From Eledone cirrhosa (lineage: Eukaryota): a DNA stretch of 64,000 nucleotides. Of this stretch, positions 36,112-49,034 are shown one piece after another. Position numbers and translations under genes: made by a program. Location: positions 43,400,001-43,464,000 of the forward strand of contig OZ024744.1 in the NCBI GenBank assembly GCA_964016885.1. Reading direction: 5' to 3'. Under the pieces are notes generated by a model. That model made no database searches, was not told the DNA's origin, and worked only from the letters and a program-made list of their open reading frames with translations. Position 1 is the first letter of the stretch, and every line of letters begins with the position of its first letter.

Positions 36112-38270
36112 CTAGCGATCGCCAAACTTTCTGACCTCACGGCGCATTAAATTCATGATTCTGAATCCCACGGATCCCTAATATGAATTTTAAAAAATAG
36201 GTAAATATTTTGTAAAATAGTGATCAGAGAACTCATTTTATTAACATGAAATGCACCTATTAAATATAACAAAATTATAAATGCTTATTTAATTATAACA
36301 AAATTATAAATGCTTATGTAATCATAACAAAATCTTTAAAGCTTGTTTAATTGTAACAATGTTGTTAAAGTTAGTTTATTACAAAATAATTGAAGCTTAT
36401 TTAAGTGTTACACATTTTAGTGTGATATTTGTTCTTGCTCGTTTGAAATAAAATCATAGATTTTTGGCTCCAATGACTTTACTGCAAGACGCGTAACAGT
36501 TTTTATTTCAAGCCGAGACAGGCACAAAGTTTTAATTGCTGTGACAGATGAAAATGTCTTTTTGCACAAATATGTTGTTGAAAATTGAATCAAAATTTTC
36601 ATTACTTTTTTCACTCAGAAATAGGTATACACTTTATATGGAGAGCCAAAAATGAGGTCTTGATAAGGATGACTGGAATTTAGCTTTGAGACTGTCGTCG
36701 GATGCTAGATCGAAGAGGTTTTCGTTTTCATTCGGGCTTAAATTGCTATCTTTAATGTTTGCTACAAATGGATCTATTATCCACATATTTTCTTCCTTTA
36801 GAGAATAACGACCTAAAGATTCTGTGAGTGATTGTAAGTGCTGTTGAACAATGGTTACCACCTGCACATAAATTCATCTAAATTTGAAAACATTTGCAGA
36901 TCTTCTTCAGTCAACCGCTTTTGACACAGTGATATTTTCTTTTGAAAAGCATCCATCATATCTTGTAGTGTGAATAAGTACGTAAGTTGTCCTTTCAAGA
37001 ATACGTGTAGCTCATTTAACAGCGAAAAAAATATCTACTAGGTATGCACGCTTGGCTACCCACTGATCGTTGGAAAAGAGTTCTTGAAATTTCGGATGAT
37101 TTTGGTGCTGGAAAAATAGTTTAACAGCTTCGCGCAGGGTGAACAGTCGTGTTAGTATTTTACTCCACGAGATCCATCTCACCTCAGCGGGAAGAATACT
37201 GGGAGTATACTGGGAACCAATTTCTTCACAAAGTGCCTCAAATGTTCGAGAATTTAGCGCTATGTCGAATTTCATTTATAATTTTGATAATGTCTGATAA
37301 TACTTCATGTAGTTCTGGGGACATTTTCCCCCGAAAGTTGCTCACGATGTATTATGCAGTGTGTAGACAAAATGTCTGGGTAACCAACATTTTTCACCTT
37401 TGCAACAATTCCTGAAAGATATCCAGTCATGTTTGCGGTACCGTCTGTAAATATCTCAATAGATTTTTCTATTCAATTCCATGTTCCAGGAAATAACTAT
37501 TAAGTACTTCAAAATTCTCAGTGCTAGTTGTTCAACCCGGCAAGTTGAGCGAACAAAGTAGTTCTTCATGTAACTCTCCTTCACACTCAACCCTCACAAA
37601 ACAAAGGAGAAGTGCCTTGTTACTTACGTCCGTTGATTCATCAAGTCGAATTAAATAAAATGTTGAATGTTTCACCATTTTCATAACTTGATTTTCAATT
37701 TCTTCAGCCATCTCTTCAATTAATTCTTTTCCAATCGTATACGGCTTTTTATTTTACGTGACCTGAAGAGCTATCAGATAAGAAGCTTTAATAAGATAAG
37801 AGCTTTAATAAAGACTTGCCATTAACAGTCATTTTTTTAAAGCGCTTCTGTCCTTCTACATATTTCTATACAGTCTTTGAAAACATTCAAATGATATCTT
37901 AGCTAAATCCGGGTGATTTGATTACAAGTGTCTTCCAAGTTTCAAAGGTTTCATGGTATCATTGGATTAATTCTCAGAACACACAACACAAAGCAGCAGT
38001 GGATCCAGCTCACTGTCAGGTTCTTGAATAAATCCAAATTTCAAATCATATTTTCTGATACTTTGAGTTTTTTTTCTTCTGTCCTCCTTCAGTTCGAATG
38101 TTCTTTCCTCCTGGTGCCTGACGAGGATTGTAGAGTCTCTGATTCATTGATCAACTCACGGTTAAGTGAAGTATTACTATTGTTACTATTGTCATTAGAG
38201 AAAGTAATGTCAAATGGAAGTCATTTCCCCATACATCTATTTCAAATTAATTCCCTTGAATTGATGATGG
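36112..38270 (-). mobile_element. Degenerate hAT (Charlie/Buster, ZBED8/SCAND3-like) DNA transposon
   Basis: LDESTDV, TDGTANMTG, EVRWIS, FSTTYLCK.TFS motifs; TIR-like CTAGCGATCGCCAAACT near 36112; other end lost at the Gypsy LTR. Confidence 0.85.
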
Positions 38271-41200
38271 TGTGGCGAATGAAATGTTCCAGCGTTTCCT
38301 CTCACTGACATGGCCATTCCTATGAAAGAGAACGCAGCAGGAGGTCATCAATGTTTGATCAAAGAGTAAATAGGCTGTCATGGAACGAGAACAGAGAGAG
38401 AATTTTCTGTTACAAAAGAGACGACACCTTCCCTGGTCACTTGGCTTTTAACTTCTATGGTGATATTAATGACGGACGAGAGCCCGGTACCTTCTATTTC
38501 AGCATAACACATAAAACAAAGTATCTTCAACAACACGCTATTCATTTACGAATGTTTACATACAACTTTGTACTTTTATGATTAGTAGTAATCATATTCC
38601 CTTTTCCTTCTCTAACTGAAGTGAAGTAGATTTTATATCTAACCGAAATTAACTATTCTGTCCTGTTTATTTTCAACAACTATTAACTTCGCTTCACTTC
38701 AACTGGTGACCCCGACGTCTTTCGAACATGCAGCTTTCTGATTAATCAATATTTACCAAGCTTCGCTTCAATATGGAACTATCACCAACATCATCTACGT
38801 TACAATCAGCAATATCCCTGTGGATCCTGACATTCTGGCCTCATGATCCTACAATTTGGTTCAGATATATCGAGGCCTAATTTCAAACACAATATTTCGC
38901 CAGACAGGACCAACATTTCCCACGTTGACGGGGCGCTTCCCCCTGAACAACTGCAGGAGATCCAGGATTTACTTACAGCACCACCAGGCCCATATTCATA
39001 TGCCACATTTAGGTGCGAACTTGTAAAGCGAACATCCGTCTCTCAGCAGCAATGGATTAACCAGCTGCTTTATTCAGGGGAGTTGGGCGATAGGCAACCG
39101 TTAGAGTTCTTAAGACAGTTAAAACAACTGTTGGGAGAGAACACCATGGAGTGGGCCATCTTGAAACAACTTTTCCTACAAAGGCTGCCACCAGCAACTC
39201 GCAGCATGTTGGCGGCCAGTGAAGCATCCATCCAAATCGAGGCGCTAGCGGATTCAGCCGATATAATAATGGCGGTAGCAGCACGACGGTCATTTGTGGC
39301 CCAGGATACATACACACACACATCCTCTAGTAAGCTCTCCTCTTCCCCTCTTTCTTCCTCATTTTCTCCTTCTTCTCCTTCCCGTCTTCTGTCTCGGATG
39401 TGAGACAGGAGGCACAATTGAACGCACTTATGGCTAAACTGCAGATACAGCCACGCAGCAACGCCAGTTCATCTCGGCGTGATTTACATCAGCGCCCGCG
39501 AGACCCGAGTCGTACCCGGGCGATCGATCTCTTATGCTATTACCACAGTAAATTCGATGAAAATGCCCGTAAATACCTATTGCCCTGTTCTTTTAGAAGG
39601 AAATGCCGCCATGTTCCGGGTAACGACGTGGCCAGGTACAAACGATGGCAACTACACTTGACTCTTCCAAATCTAGTCTCTTGTTCCACATTAGCGACCG
39701 ATCTACCGGTTTCTGGTGGTCACCGGGGCGGAGGTTAGAGTCATACCATCTGCCCTGGTGCCAGGTAGTAGGGAACCCACAGCAATCCTTCTCAAGGCGC
39801 TGAGCCACTCTGCTATACCCACATGCGGAGAAAAGTCTTTAACCCTGGATCTTGGGCTCCGCCGAATTTTCCAGTTGGTTTTTGTCATCGCCAAGTTGCC
39901 GACTCCGATCCTAGAAGCGGATTTTCTACTCCATTTTGGCCTCCTGGTGGACGTTAAACACAACAGACTGATTAATTCCACTACTGGTCTGAATGATCGC
40001 GGTATCAGCACAATGGCACCCTCCCTCAACCTTGTTTTTTTTAAACCAGGCAGTCTGGCAGATACGACGCTATTCTGAGCAGGCATCCTGACATCTCACA
40101 CCCTATTTGTAACAGTCGGCTGGTGACCCACAGTGTTACGCATCATATCGTCACCGAGGGCCTTCCGGGTTCTGTTAAACCATGGTGACTCGCTCCTGAC
40201 CACGCTAAGATCGCTAAAGCAGAGTTCGATTATGTGTTGGAACTGGGCATTGATCGTCCATCCAGTAGCAGCTGGTCTTCCCCACTTCACATGGTTCCCA
40301 GAAATCTGTAGTTGATTGGCGACCGTGTGGAGACTATCGGTTTTTTAACACACACAAAACCCAATAAGTACCCGGTACCTCACTGAATTTCTCTGCTACC
40401 CTACATGGTGCTAGGATCATTTCAATAATTGACCTCGTGTGGGCGTACAACCAGATTCCTGTTGAACCGGAAGACATACTTAAAACGGCCATTACAACTT
40501 CTTTCACCCTCTTCAGAGTTTCTTAGACTGCCATCCGGTTTACTCAATGTTGCATCAACCTTCCAGCGTTTCATCGACACAGTAGTACGTGGTTTACCCT
40601 ACGTCTACTCGTATATTGATGATATGCTGATAGCCAGCATATCCCATGGGGAACACGAAAGGAACCTACAATTGCTTTTCGAGCGTTTTTCTTAGTTTGG
40701 TGTCATCAACAACCCCAGAAAATGCCTTTTCAGTGTTTCTTCTCTTGATTTTCTGGGACACAATATCGACAAACAAGGAATCCTCTCCCGCCACGACAAA
40801 GTTAAGTCCATTTTAGATTTTCCCCACTCCAACGTACCCGAGGAAAGTACGTGAGCTCCTCGGCCTCATAAACTTTTACTGCCGATTCATACTTCGTTGT
40901 GCAGAGTTTCTCCAGCCGCTAACAGACATCCTAAGGCAGTGCAATCGGAAGAACCAGCTTATCACTTTCGATGATGAACAAGCAGCTGCTTTCCTTAAAA
41001 TGAAGAGGGTCTTGACAGAGGCCACAATGTTGGATCATCCCAAACCTGACGCACCTCTTTGTCTGTTCGTCGATATATCGAATGTCGGAGCCGGTGGCGT
41101 CCTCCAACAATGTGTAGACAATGCATGGCAACCAATTTCATTCTTCTCTAGGCGACTCAAACCTGCTGAAACAAAGTATAGCACATTCGGTCGGGAATGT

Positions 41201-42070
41201 TTGGCAGCGTACCTCAGTGTGAGACATTTCCGGCACATATTAGAAGGTTCTGTGTTTTCTATTTACATGGATTATAAACCTCTCACGTACGCTTTATATT
41301 CCAAGCCTGACCACCACTCACCTTGAGAAGTGTGTCAAATGGATTTTATATCAGCATATACTACAGATATTCGCCATATAGACAATTCTGCATCCGATGC
41401 CCTCTCTCGTGCACTCTTTGGTGCACTGCACACCTCTTTTTCCATCAGCCTCCGATATATTGCCAACAGGCGGACAGGTAGCTCCTCAAACACCGAATGT
41501 CTTCATCTTCTTCTTTGTCTTTCAAACTCCTCCCTCTACCTTTTTCTCCTGGTGGTATTTAGTGGGATGTGTCTACGGGTCACGCGCGCCCTTACGTACC
41601 TCTAAAGCATCGACGTTCGGTTTTTGCCCACTGTCAGACCAAGTAAACCCAACATCAACGCTCCCATCTACCGGTAATACGAACTCTATGACAACAACAA
41701 GCTCCAGATACGGTCGACATGTGTATTGGCCATCTCGCTCTGTTCAATATGTCGAGTAACGGTATTTTCTCTCTCTCTATTCACAAGGGAAGTAGCTGAC
41801 AGTTTTTGGTCCGAGGTTATTGATCCTCTATTTTGATACTGTTCCATTATTGATCCCTACTCACGTTTCGATCTGGGCGGGGAACTAATATAGCGAAAGA
41901 AATGTTCCAGCGTGTCCTTTCACTGACATAGCCATTCCTATGAAAGAGAACGTAATGGATGGTCATCGACCTTTGATAAAAAATAACCATCGTTCGATAA
42001 ATAGGCTGTCATGGAACGAGGACAGAGAGAGAATTTTCTGTTACAAAAGAAACGACACCTTCCCTGGTCA
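38271..42070 (+). mobile_element. Degenerate Ty3/Gypsy LTR retrotransposon, integrase largely deleted, 3' LTR truncated
   Basis: 5' LTR 38271-38701 (TG..CA), gag (LGDRQP, LFLQRLP, CYYH), protease region, RT YIDD, RNase H (VDIS..GAGGVLQQ, YSTFGRE), PPT ~41875-41888, 3' LTR from 41889. Confidence 0.92.
38704..38718 (+). promoter_or_regulatory. Primer-binding site complementary to the tRNA-Trp 3' end
   Basis: TGGTGACCCCGACGT, 2 nt after the LTR end; matches ...ACGTCGGGGTCACCA of metazoan tRNA-Trp. Confidence 0.8.
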
Positions 42071-43720
42071 TATTTAGCCACATGGTTCTATGAGAAACTT
42101 CTAATATGCTCGCATGTGTGCGTGCCGAAATCTGGGTCTTTCCGCTGGGAACAACCCCATGTTTTCTTTTTGTACATTCATCCATTCATTTATTTATTTG
42201 CTAACATTCTACGTTCTCGTGTGTCCCCCTCCATGCATCCCCTTCTTTTCTATCTTGTCTTCTGTCGCCTCCAGATCTGCTGTAGATGAGCTATGAGGCC
42301 TCACTCATACCAACATTTTCCCTTCCACCCACATACAGTTGAGCCAAGCACCCAGGCTGGTGACAACCTGCCACTCGCTCCTGATACCGCTTGGTGCCCC
42401 AGTACCGACTCCACGCCCCATCCTCCATCCTCCTCAGTCGACACCTGTATCACTTGCAGCACCACGATCAGACGGACGAGGGGCCGGGACTGTTCGGGGT
42501 GCGGCTGCTTCCACCAGGTCACATGTGTTGGTTTGACACGTCGAGCCTCCAGTGCCCTCGCAGCGTGGAGATGCAGAAACTGTCTCTTCCCCTCGTCTGC
42601 TCAGCCGCCGCCAACTGGCACACCACGAGGTGAGACAGCAAGCTTGTCTGATGCACAAGACTCGCTGGTCAACATCGCTCTTGCTCAGGCGGCTCGGGAA
42701 GATTCTTCTCAGGATCCCGAGAGGACCCGGGTGCCGGTAGCCGATGCTCTGGCTTCCTCGATTGAGAGTGCCCTGGACTCCAATCGAGCCAACGACTGGA
42801 AGCGACTCTTCTATTTCGCCCCACTCGCCTTCGGCCTCCCCAACTTTGGCGCTGACCGAGGCGGCCTGTCGACAGCAGCCTTTGTCAAGGCCAATCTTTC
42901 GTCCTTTGGGCAAGCGCCCATTCCAAGGATGCCGAAGGACGTCACACACCCTGCTCTCGGGTGGCCCCAATCCTCCACGCCAGAGACTAGCGCCAAGCGT
43001 TTGAATGACTACGTAAACGCTAAATTAATCATGGGTGATGTCTCGATCGCAGTCAGAGTGGTTGCCTCAGAAGACACTGTCATCCAACCCACTGAAATAC
43101 CGGGGTTTGTGGCGGAAAACGTATTACAGCATATGGATTCCCAGATGAGGGATTTACCTCCTTCGATTGAAAAGAGGATAATTCCGTCGGGTCGCTCGCA
43201 GCCCAAACTCGCCACCAACATCCACACAACAGCATTTGTGTGAATTCTTTACATGGAGGCCGAGGCGTTGGGCCACTCTGATGTGTGTGCACTCGTCATC
43301 AAGAAGGGAACCAGTTGATGAGAACACAGATTTGAGCAATGCATCGCTGTTTGACTGCGAAGCAGATCGGAGGTAAGCTAGGCAGTGTTCGTCGAAGACA
43401 GACTCGAGCCTGCTGAAGGAAGATCTGCATTTGCGTTGGAACTTTGTATACTGGAGAACAGAGAGACCTTCACCTGTCCAATTGTTCAGAGCCTGCTCAA
43501 GCTATGTAATCACGTCAGGTCTGGCTGTCTTGCTGAGGACCTCGCTGACGAGGGTGTGATTGGAGGAGGTTGAGGAGAGATAGGCCAGCAGTGCCAAATC
43601 CGAAGCGGATCGAAGGCCGAGGCCACTGAACCTCACTCAAATCTTCACCTCTTCCCAGTCGGCGCTGACGAAACTGACATTGCAGATGAGTTTTGCACAA
43701 CATCGGATGGTGGCTTGAAA
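42071..43720. mobile_element. Rearranged CRE-like LINE: plus-strand 5' part with PHD finger (42293-~43090) joined to an inverted REL-region piece (~43090-43720)
   Basis: CITC..CSGC..HQVTCVGL..WRCRNC; GDVSIAVRVVASED; minus strand LLDDECTHIRVAQRLG, RPDGII..GKSLIW, homologous to 63580-64000. Confidence 0.75.
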
Positions 43721-43799
43721 GCATTTGCAATTATGTCGTGTCTATCTTTGGGTTTTTTTACCTTTTTATGGGTTCTCCATGATTTCGTTTCATTTAGGA

Positions 43800-44610
43800 C
43801 TGCAAGTGAATGTTATAAATATACAACGCTACCTAATTCTTCTGCATTGAGTACTCCTTCATTATTTAGAGAATCTTTTAAATGTGAATACTCTTCGACC
43901 CTTAGCTTTCTAATATTAATTTGTTCATTTAAATCACCGATAAAATAAACTTGAGCATATTTAGGAATATTATCAACTGCATTATACAATGAACTTATTC
44001 TGTGATAAATTTGAGTTTGTATTTTAAAAACTGGCATGAATTCCGGCAGAGATATTGATTCACTGACTCCAAAGATGTCATTGAAAACAATTCGTAGTAT
44101 TTTTTTTTTATTCTTTAAGAAGTTTTTGGAATCCCGTGTTTCGTCCATCATTAGTGTATTTAAAGTTTCAGTTTGTCTTTCAATTTAACTTTACCACTTG
44201 AACAACATAATCCTTTAGATTCATCTTTAAATAGTTTTTCACAACAATGTCTACAAACTACCTACATTGTTCGTAAATTTGATAGATTATCATAATTTTT
44301 ACTTGAATCATATTCAAATGCTGCATTTGTAAACGATTTAACAGAACTACGTAGTTCAGCATAACTTGATCTTTTTACTTGAGTTACAATTTCTTGTACC
44401 TCCCTAGTCTGAGAATGTAATGCTTTATTGTGAGAAATTCTATTTTCCTCTCTTAATTCATTTCTTCTTTCTTCTGCCTAATTTCCTCTTAACACTTGAT
44501 GTGCCAATCTATTTTCCTCTCTTATTTCATCTCTTCTTTTTTCTGTCAGATTTCCTTTCTCTTTCGTCACTTTTTTCCTGAGCTGTTTGAAATTTTCCTT
44601 ACATCATTAA
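43800..44610 (-). mobile_element. Helitron RepHel N-terminal fragment
   Basis: AAFEYD, CCSSGKVKL zinc-finger-like segment and FMPVFKIQTQIYHRISSL..PKYAQVYFIGD motif. Confidence 0.7.
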
Positions 44611-44624
44611 TATTATTATTGTTT

Positions 44625-44806
44625 TTGGCAGTATCGGTAGAGGGTCGGAAGCCATGCTTTCCAGCATAGTTACGTCCCTTTACGATTTGAGTTCAAATCC
44701 CGCCGAGGTTGACTTTGCCTTTCATCTTTACGGGGTCGATAAAATAAAGTACCAGTAATGCACTGGGTAATTGCTGGCCTTGTGCCTAAAGTAGAAACAA
44801 TTATTA
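44625..44806 (+). mobile_element. tRNA-derived Nin-domain SINE, nearly complete
   Basis: TGGCAGTATCGGTAGAG A-box, GAGTTCAAATCC B-box, GCCTTTCATCTTTACGGGGTCGATAAAATAAAGTACCAG, GTAGAAACAATTATTAT tail. Confidence 0.82.
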
Positions 44807-45596
44807 TGTGCTGTATTAATATTGATAACGTAATTTTCTGAAGAGACACTGTTATTAATTAAATTTGTGTCATTTGCTTCCAGGGCAAAAACATATGGCT
44901 GACAAAGAAGAGTAAGATGAAATATAAAAGGTTTTGAGAAGAAAGAATAGAGTGGTCCAATTGTTGAAACAACGGAACATCCAGATCATGAAATTAGCGA
45001 TTTCCACTGTTACGTTCACTCTTAGCAAACTTTCGCCGAGTATCAAACTGACGACCTAATAGTGTCTTTCTGTATTTGTTCTATTCCTATATCATTCCAG
45101 CAGACGACCATTACTTGTGTGTGTATGTGTAGGTTTGTGTGAGTGTGCGTATGAGTGTCAGTGTCATAATATACAGTCAATCATGTAATTCTCTCCCCTA
45201 AGTAAACATACAGCCTCACTCACTCATACACATCTCACTTTGGTGGTGTTGGGGGGAGATAGCTGTGGTAGCAATAAGAGTAGAAACAACAGTGACAGTA
45301 GGAGTAGCATGTGGGACGTCATAAGATAGACGCTGCAGAAAGTTTTGAGCTAGATAGATAGATAAATTTCTATTTATTTGCCACGAGGGCACACAAGAAG
45401 GGGACATTTACACAGTGGGGGAGTTTACATAAATCGAGTAAAGAAAAAAGGAATAACAATAATAATATAACAATAAAAAGTCCTCAAAAGGGAGGGGGCG
45501 TGTTGGGGATTGCACATACCCCCGAAAAGTGTGCAACTCTTTTCGCGGGGGAAGCCCAGAGAGGAGGCGCTCCCCCTTTCCTCTTCACTTCTTCAC

Positions 45597-48500
45597 CTAC
45601 AGAACAATGTAGAGAGAAGGCCCATTTACACGGGCCATTCTCGCTTCTTTCACCCACCTTTCATAAAACTGTCTGGGACCAAGCACTTCTCTCTCCATCC
45701 TGATTCTTCTTCCGAAGTGGTATCGGAAGAAGTAAACCAGGTGATGGCCGGAGAGAAAGTCACCCGACCTCAGACCTTTCAGGCGCGTCCACCACACAAC
45801 CTCTTTCATCATGGCTATTACGCACAGAAAGACCGCCTCTGCTTCATTTCTGAAGGGAGGAGGCGGCTTGATGTTCACCACAGACTCGGCGGTTAATCGA
45901 ATCGGCGCCACACGCGACAGCAGTCGTTCGACGTAGCCCCACAGATCGGCAACGCCCGGGCAGTGTACCAGTGCATGCGCAACGATTTCCTCGTCGCGCA
46001 CGCATCTGGGACAGATCTTTTTCGCGGGATCCCTGCCCGGGCGCCCGTGTCTGTAGAGCTTTTCTCGAACGGGCAGAGCCCCCCGGTAACACTGCCAGGC
46101 TAGGGACCTCTGGAAGTTGTCCATGGGCCCCGGGCCGAAAGTTCTACCGAACAGGCTGGCCAGTTCGTCCTCCTCCATGCCTAGCGACTCTCCAAGGGTG
46201 TCGTCGCGCCTGCTAGCCACCAACCCTCTATAGAATGTCGAGGTGGATTCTCCACTGACAGTCGGGTCCGCTTGCCAGATAGCCGTGAGCGCCTGGGCAC
46301 ACTCGGTGTGCCAGTTGCCCAGTTTTCTCGGTCTTTGCTTCACCCAGGATTGCAGTTCGGTGAGCGAGACGAGCTGTGGGAAGGCTCGCCTCACAAACGG
46401 GGCCCACACCGGCTGACCGTTGAGGAATACCTGTAGATGCCGTAGCCTCAATGCGTGCCTACGCATCAACAGCCACGGCATACCCAGCCCTCCTTTCGAA
46501 GGGTGCTGGCAGCAGATGGATCTCCTCACCATGGGAGGCCGCTTCTTCCAGAGGAACTGGAAGAGCATGCGTTCCATGATGGTGAGCTTTTCCTTGGGGC
46601 AAGGCACGACGGTCAGGCGGTAGTAGATGACGGACGCTATGTAAGCGTTCGTCACCTCCGCCCGACCTTTCAGTGATAGTTTGCACTTGGCCCACTTCTG
46701 GGTCAGCGCAAACACCCTGCTCGTCACCTCGCCCCAATTCTTCTCCACCTGGAGGTCCGGTCCGAACCAGACCCCGAGCAGCTTCACCGGGCCCTCCGTC
46801 CACCGCCCGACGACACCGTCTAACGGCATCGGTTTGCCCCTCCACGTTCCGAGTTGCAAACCGACTGACTTGTCCTGGTTCAGCTTAGCCCCCGTCAGCC
46901 TTTCGTATTCCTCCAGTAGGGTGGCGATCGCCCCGATTTCCGAGGCGTCCGCCACCATTACTGTTACGTCGTCGGCATAGGCCGAGACCGCTTTGTGCAA
47001 TCCCGGTTCCAGGGGTATGCCCCGCAGCAACTCCAACTTCCGCAGCAGTGGCTCGAGAGTCAATACGTACAGAAGGGATGAGAGGGGGCACCCCTGTCTG
47101 ATGGATCGGGTGATTTGAAACAGCTCCGAGAGGTAGCCGTTTACTTTAATCCTAGAGTAGATGTTGCCACTGTGCATGGCAGAAATCCAGCCCCTGAAAA
47201 CGGGTCCGAAGCCCGCCGCCGCTAGCACCGCATCCAGGTAACCATGGTCGACCCTATCGAACGCCTTAGATTGATCCAAGTTGATCAGGGCCCCACCAAA
47301 GCCGGGTTCGTAGCCAACCCTCTCTATGATGTATCGCATGAGGTGGAGGTTGTCGTGAATGGACCTGGACGGGATAGCGCATGTCTGCGCGTCTCCCACC
47401 AAACCACCCACCACAAGCGCCAACCTCTTCGCCAACACCTTGGCCAAAATCTGTAACTCTGCATTCAGCAGAGTTATGGGCCTAAAGTTACTTAAGTCGT
47501 CCCCCTTGCTCTCGCCCTTCCTCACTAGCGTGACCACGCCCTTGGTCGCAGAACAGGGAATTCTCCCGTTCTGTTTCCAGTTGCAATAGACAGCCTCGAG
47601 GAGTTCGGAGAACAAGACCGGCATAGCTAAATAAAGTTCGTATGGTAGACCATCGAGACCCGGGGATTTGCGTCTGCTGCATTGGCTGAGCGCTTCCCCG
47701 ATTTCAGTGGCTGTGATTGGCCTTTCGCAGCACTCCGCTTCGCCGCTCGAAAGACGCGGTAGACCGTCGAGGTATGGACCGAAGTCCACATCCCCGTCCG
47801 GCCCCCCGCCACCTCCGAACAGTCGAGCAAAGTGCCTTTGAAAGGTCTCGCACATTCGCTCAGGTTCAAGGATCACCCGTCCATCCTGGTCTCGCAAAGA
47901 CCGAATGGTGGATTTAATCCCACTCTTGGCTTCTGTCACGCGGGCCCAGCTAAGAGCTTTGGTCCCCTCGTTTCCTAAAGCACGTATTTTACTTCGGACA
48001 ACGCAGCCTTCGTGCTTCGCGTCAAAGAACTGGCTCAATGCCGTTCTCGTCGCTAACACTCTGGCTACGTCTCCGCTCCTAATCGCCTCTTCTAGTTTAT
48101 CTGTTAACTCCCTTTCCTTCCTATTTCTATTCGCCGCTAGTTCCTTACTGTAACCTATCGAACTTACTCTAATCTCTCTCTTTAGAGATACCCACCACCT
48201 ACTGTTGACGATCGCTCCCGTCAACCGCATCTTAACTAAGCTACTAATCCGGTTTCTGTAATCTTTCTTTGTCGGTAAGGACAAGTTCATCTTCCAGTAA
48301 CCGGGACCCTGTCTATGCATTCTATCAAGGTTGACCACGCAGGTCACTAATTTGTGATCTGAATAGCCAACCATGATCAGTTCTGGACAACTAAATACGT
48401 CCCTATCCTTACTCCTAACCAAAAACCTATCTAGGTACGATCTAGATTGTCCACTGCGGTTTGCCCAGGTCCAGGTTGGCGCAGTTGGACAATCTAGTCG

Positions 48501-49029
48501 AAATCTATCGACCAGGTCGAATCGATCGAGTAACCCCTTGAGGTTGCTTCACCCCCCTCTATCAGGACATGCCGCTGCATAGTCCCAACGCGCATCTAGG
48601 ATTCCATTCCAGTCCCCCACTAAAAGCAGGGAACGCGACGTTCCTAGAAAAGTCTCCAGACGCTGGAAGAAGTCGGCTCTTTCCGCCCCGAAGGGAGCAT
48701 AAAGACCGACCAGTCTGAAAGCCCCGCCTTCACCGCCTCCGACGTCCAGCACCAGTAATCGACCCCCCGGGTCCGAGTGAACAATCTGTACGTCGAGAGT
48801 CAGACGTTTATCCAGCAGTACGTCAACTCCCCCCCCCCCCGCCTCCGGGTTGACAGAGAGATGCGTGCATCTCAAAGTCATCGAAGGCGGGCGCCAGCTG
48901 TCTCACGCTGCTGATCCGACTCTCGCAAACAACCATCACATCTATACTTTGTGACCTGAGGTCACTTAGAAGCTTTGCTTGCTTCCAAGCTGAGCCCAGG
49001 CCACGCGCGTTCAAACAGCCAACTCTCAA
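45597..49029 (-). CDS. Tx1 ORF2 copy 1 (APE-RT-zinc finger); frameshift in the C-run ~48830 and TGA ~48549
   Basis: LNARGL, VCES, GDWN, SYLDR, SDH, KSPGLDG, DQSKAFDRV, QGCPLS, AYADD, GGLG, CPRC..HALVHC. Confidence 0.9.
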
Positions 49030-49034
49030 TTGAT

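Noticed and set aside
44625-44710. tRNA gene
   Set aside because: A/B boxes are the head of a SINE present in at least six copies; no complete cloverleaf
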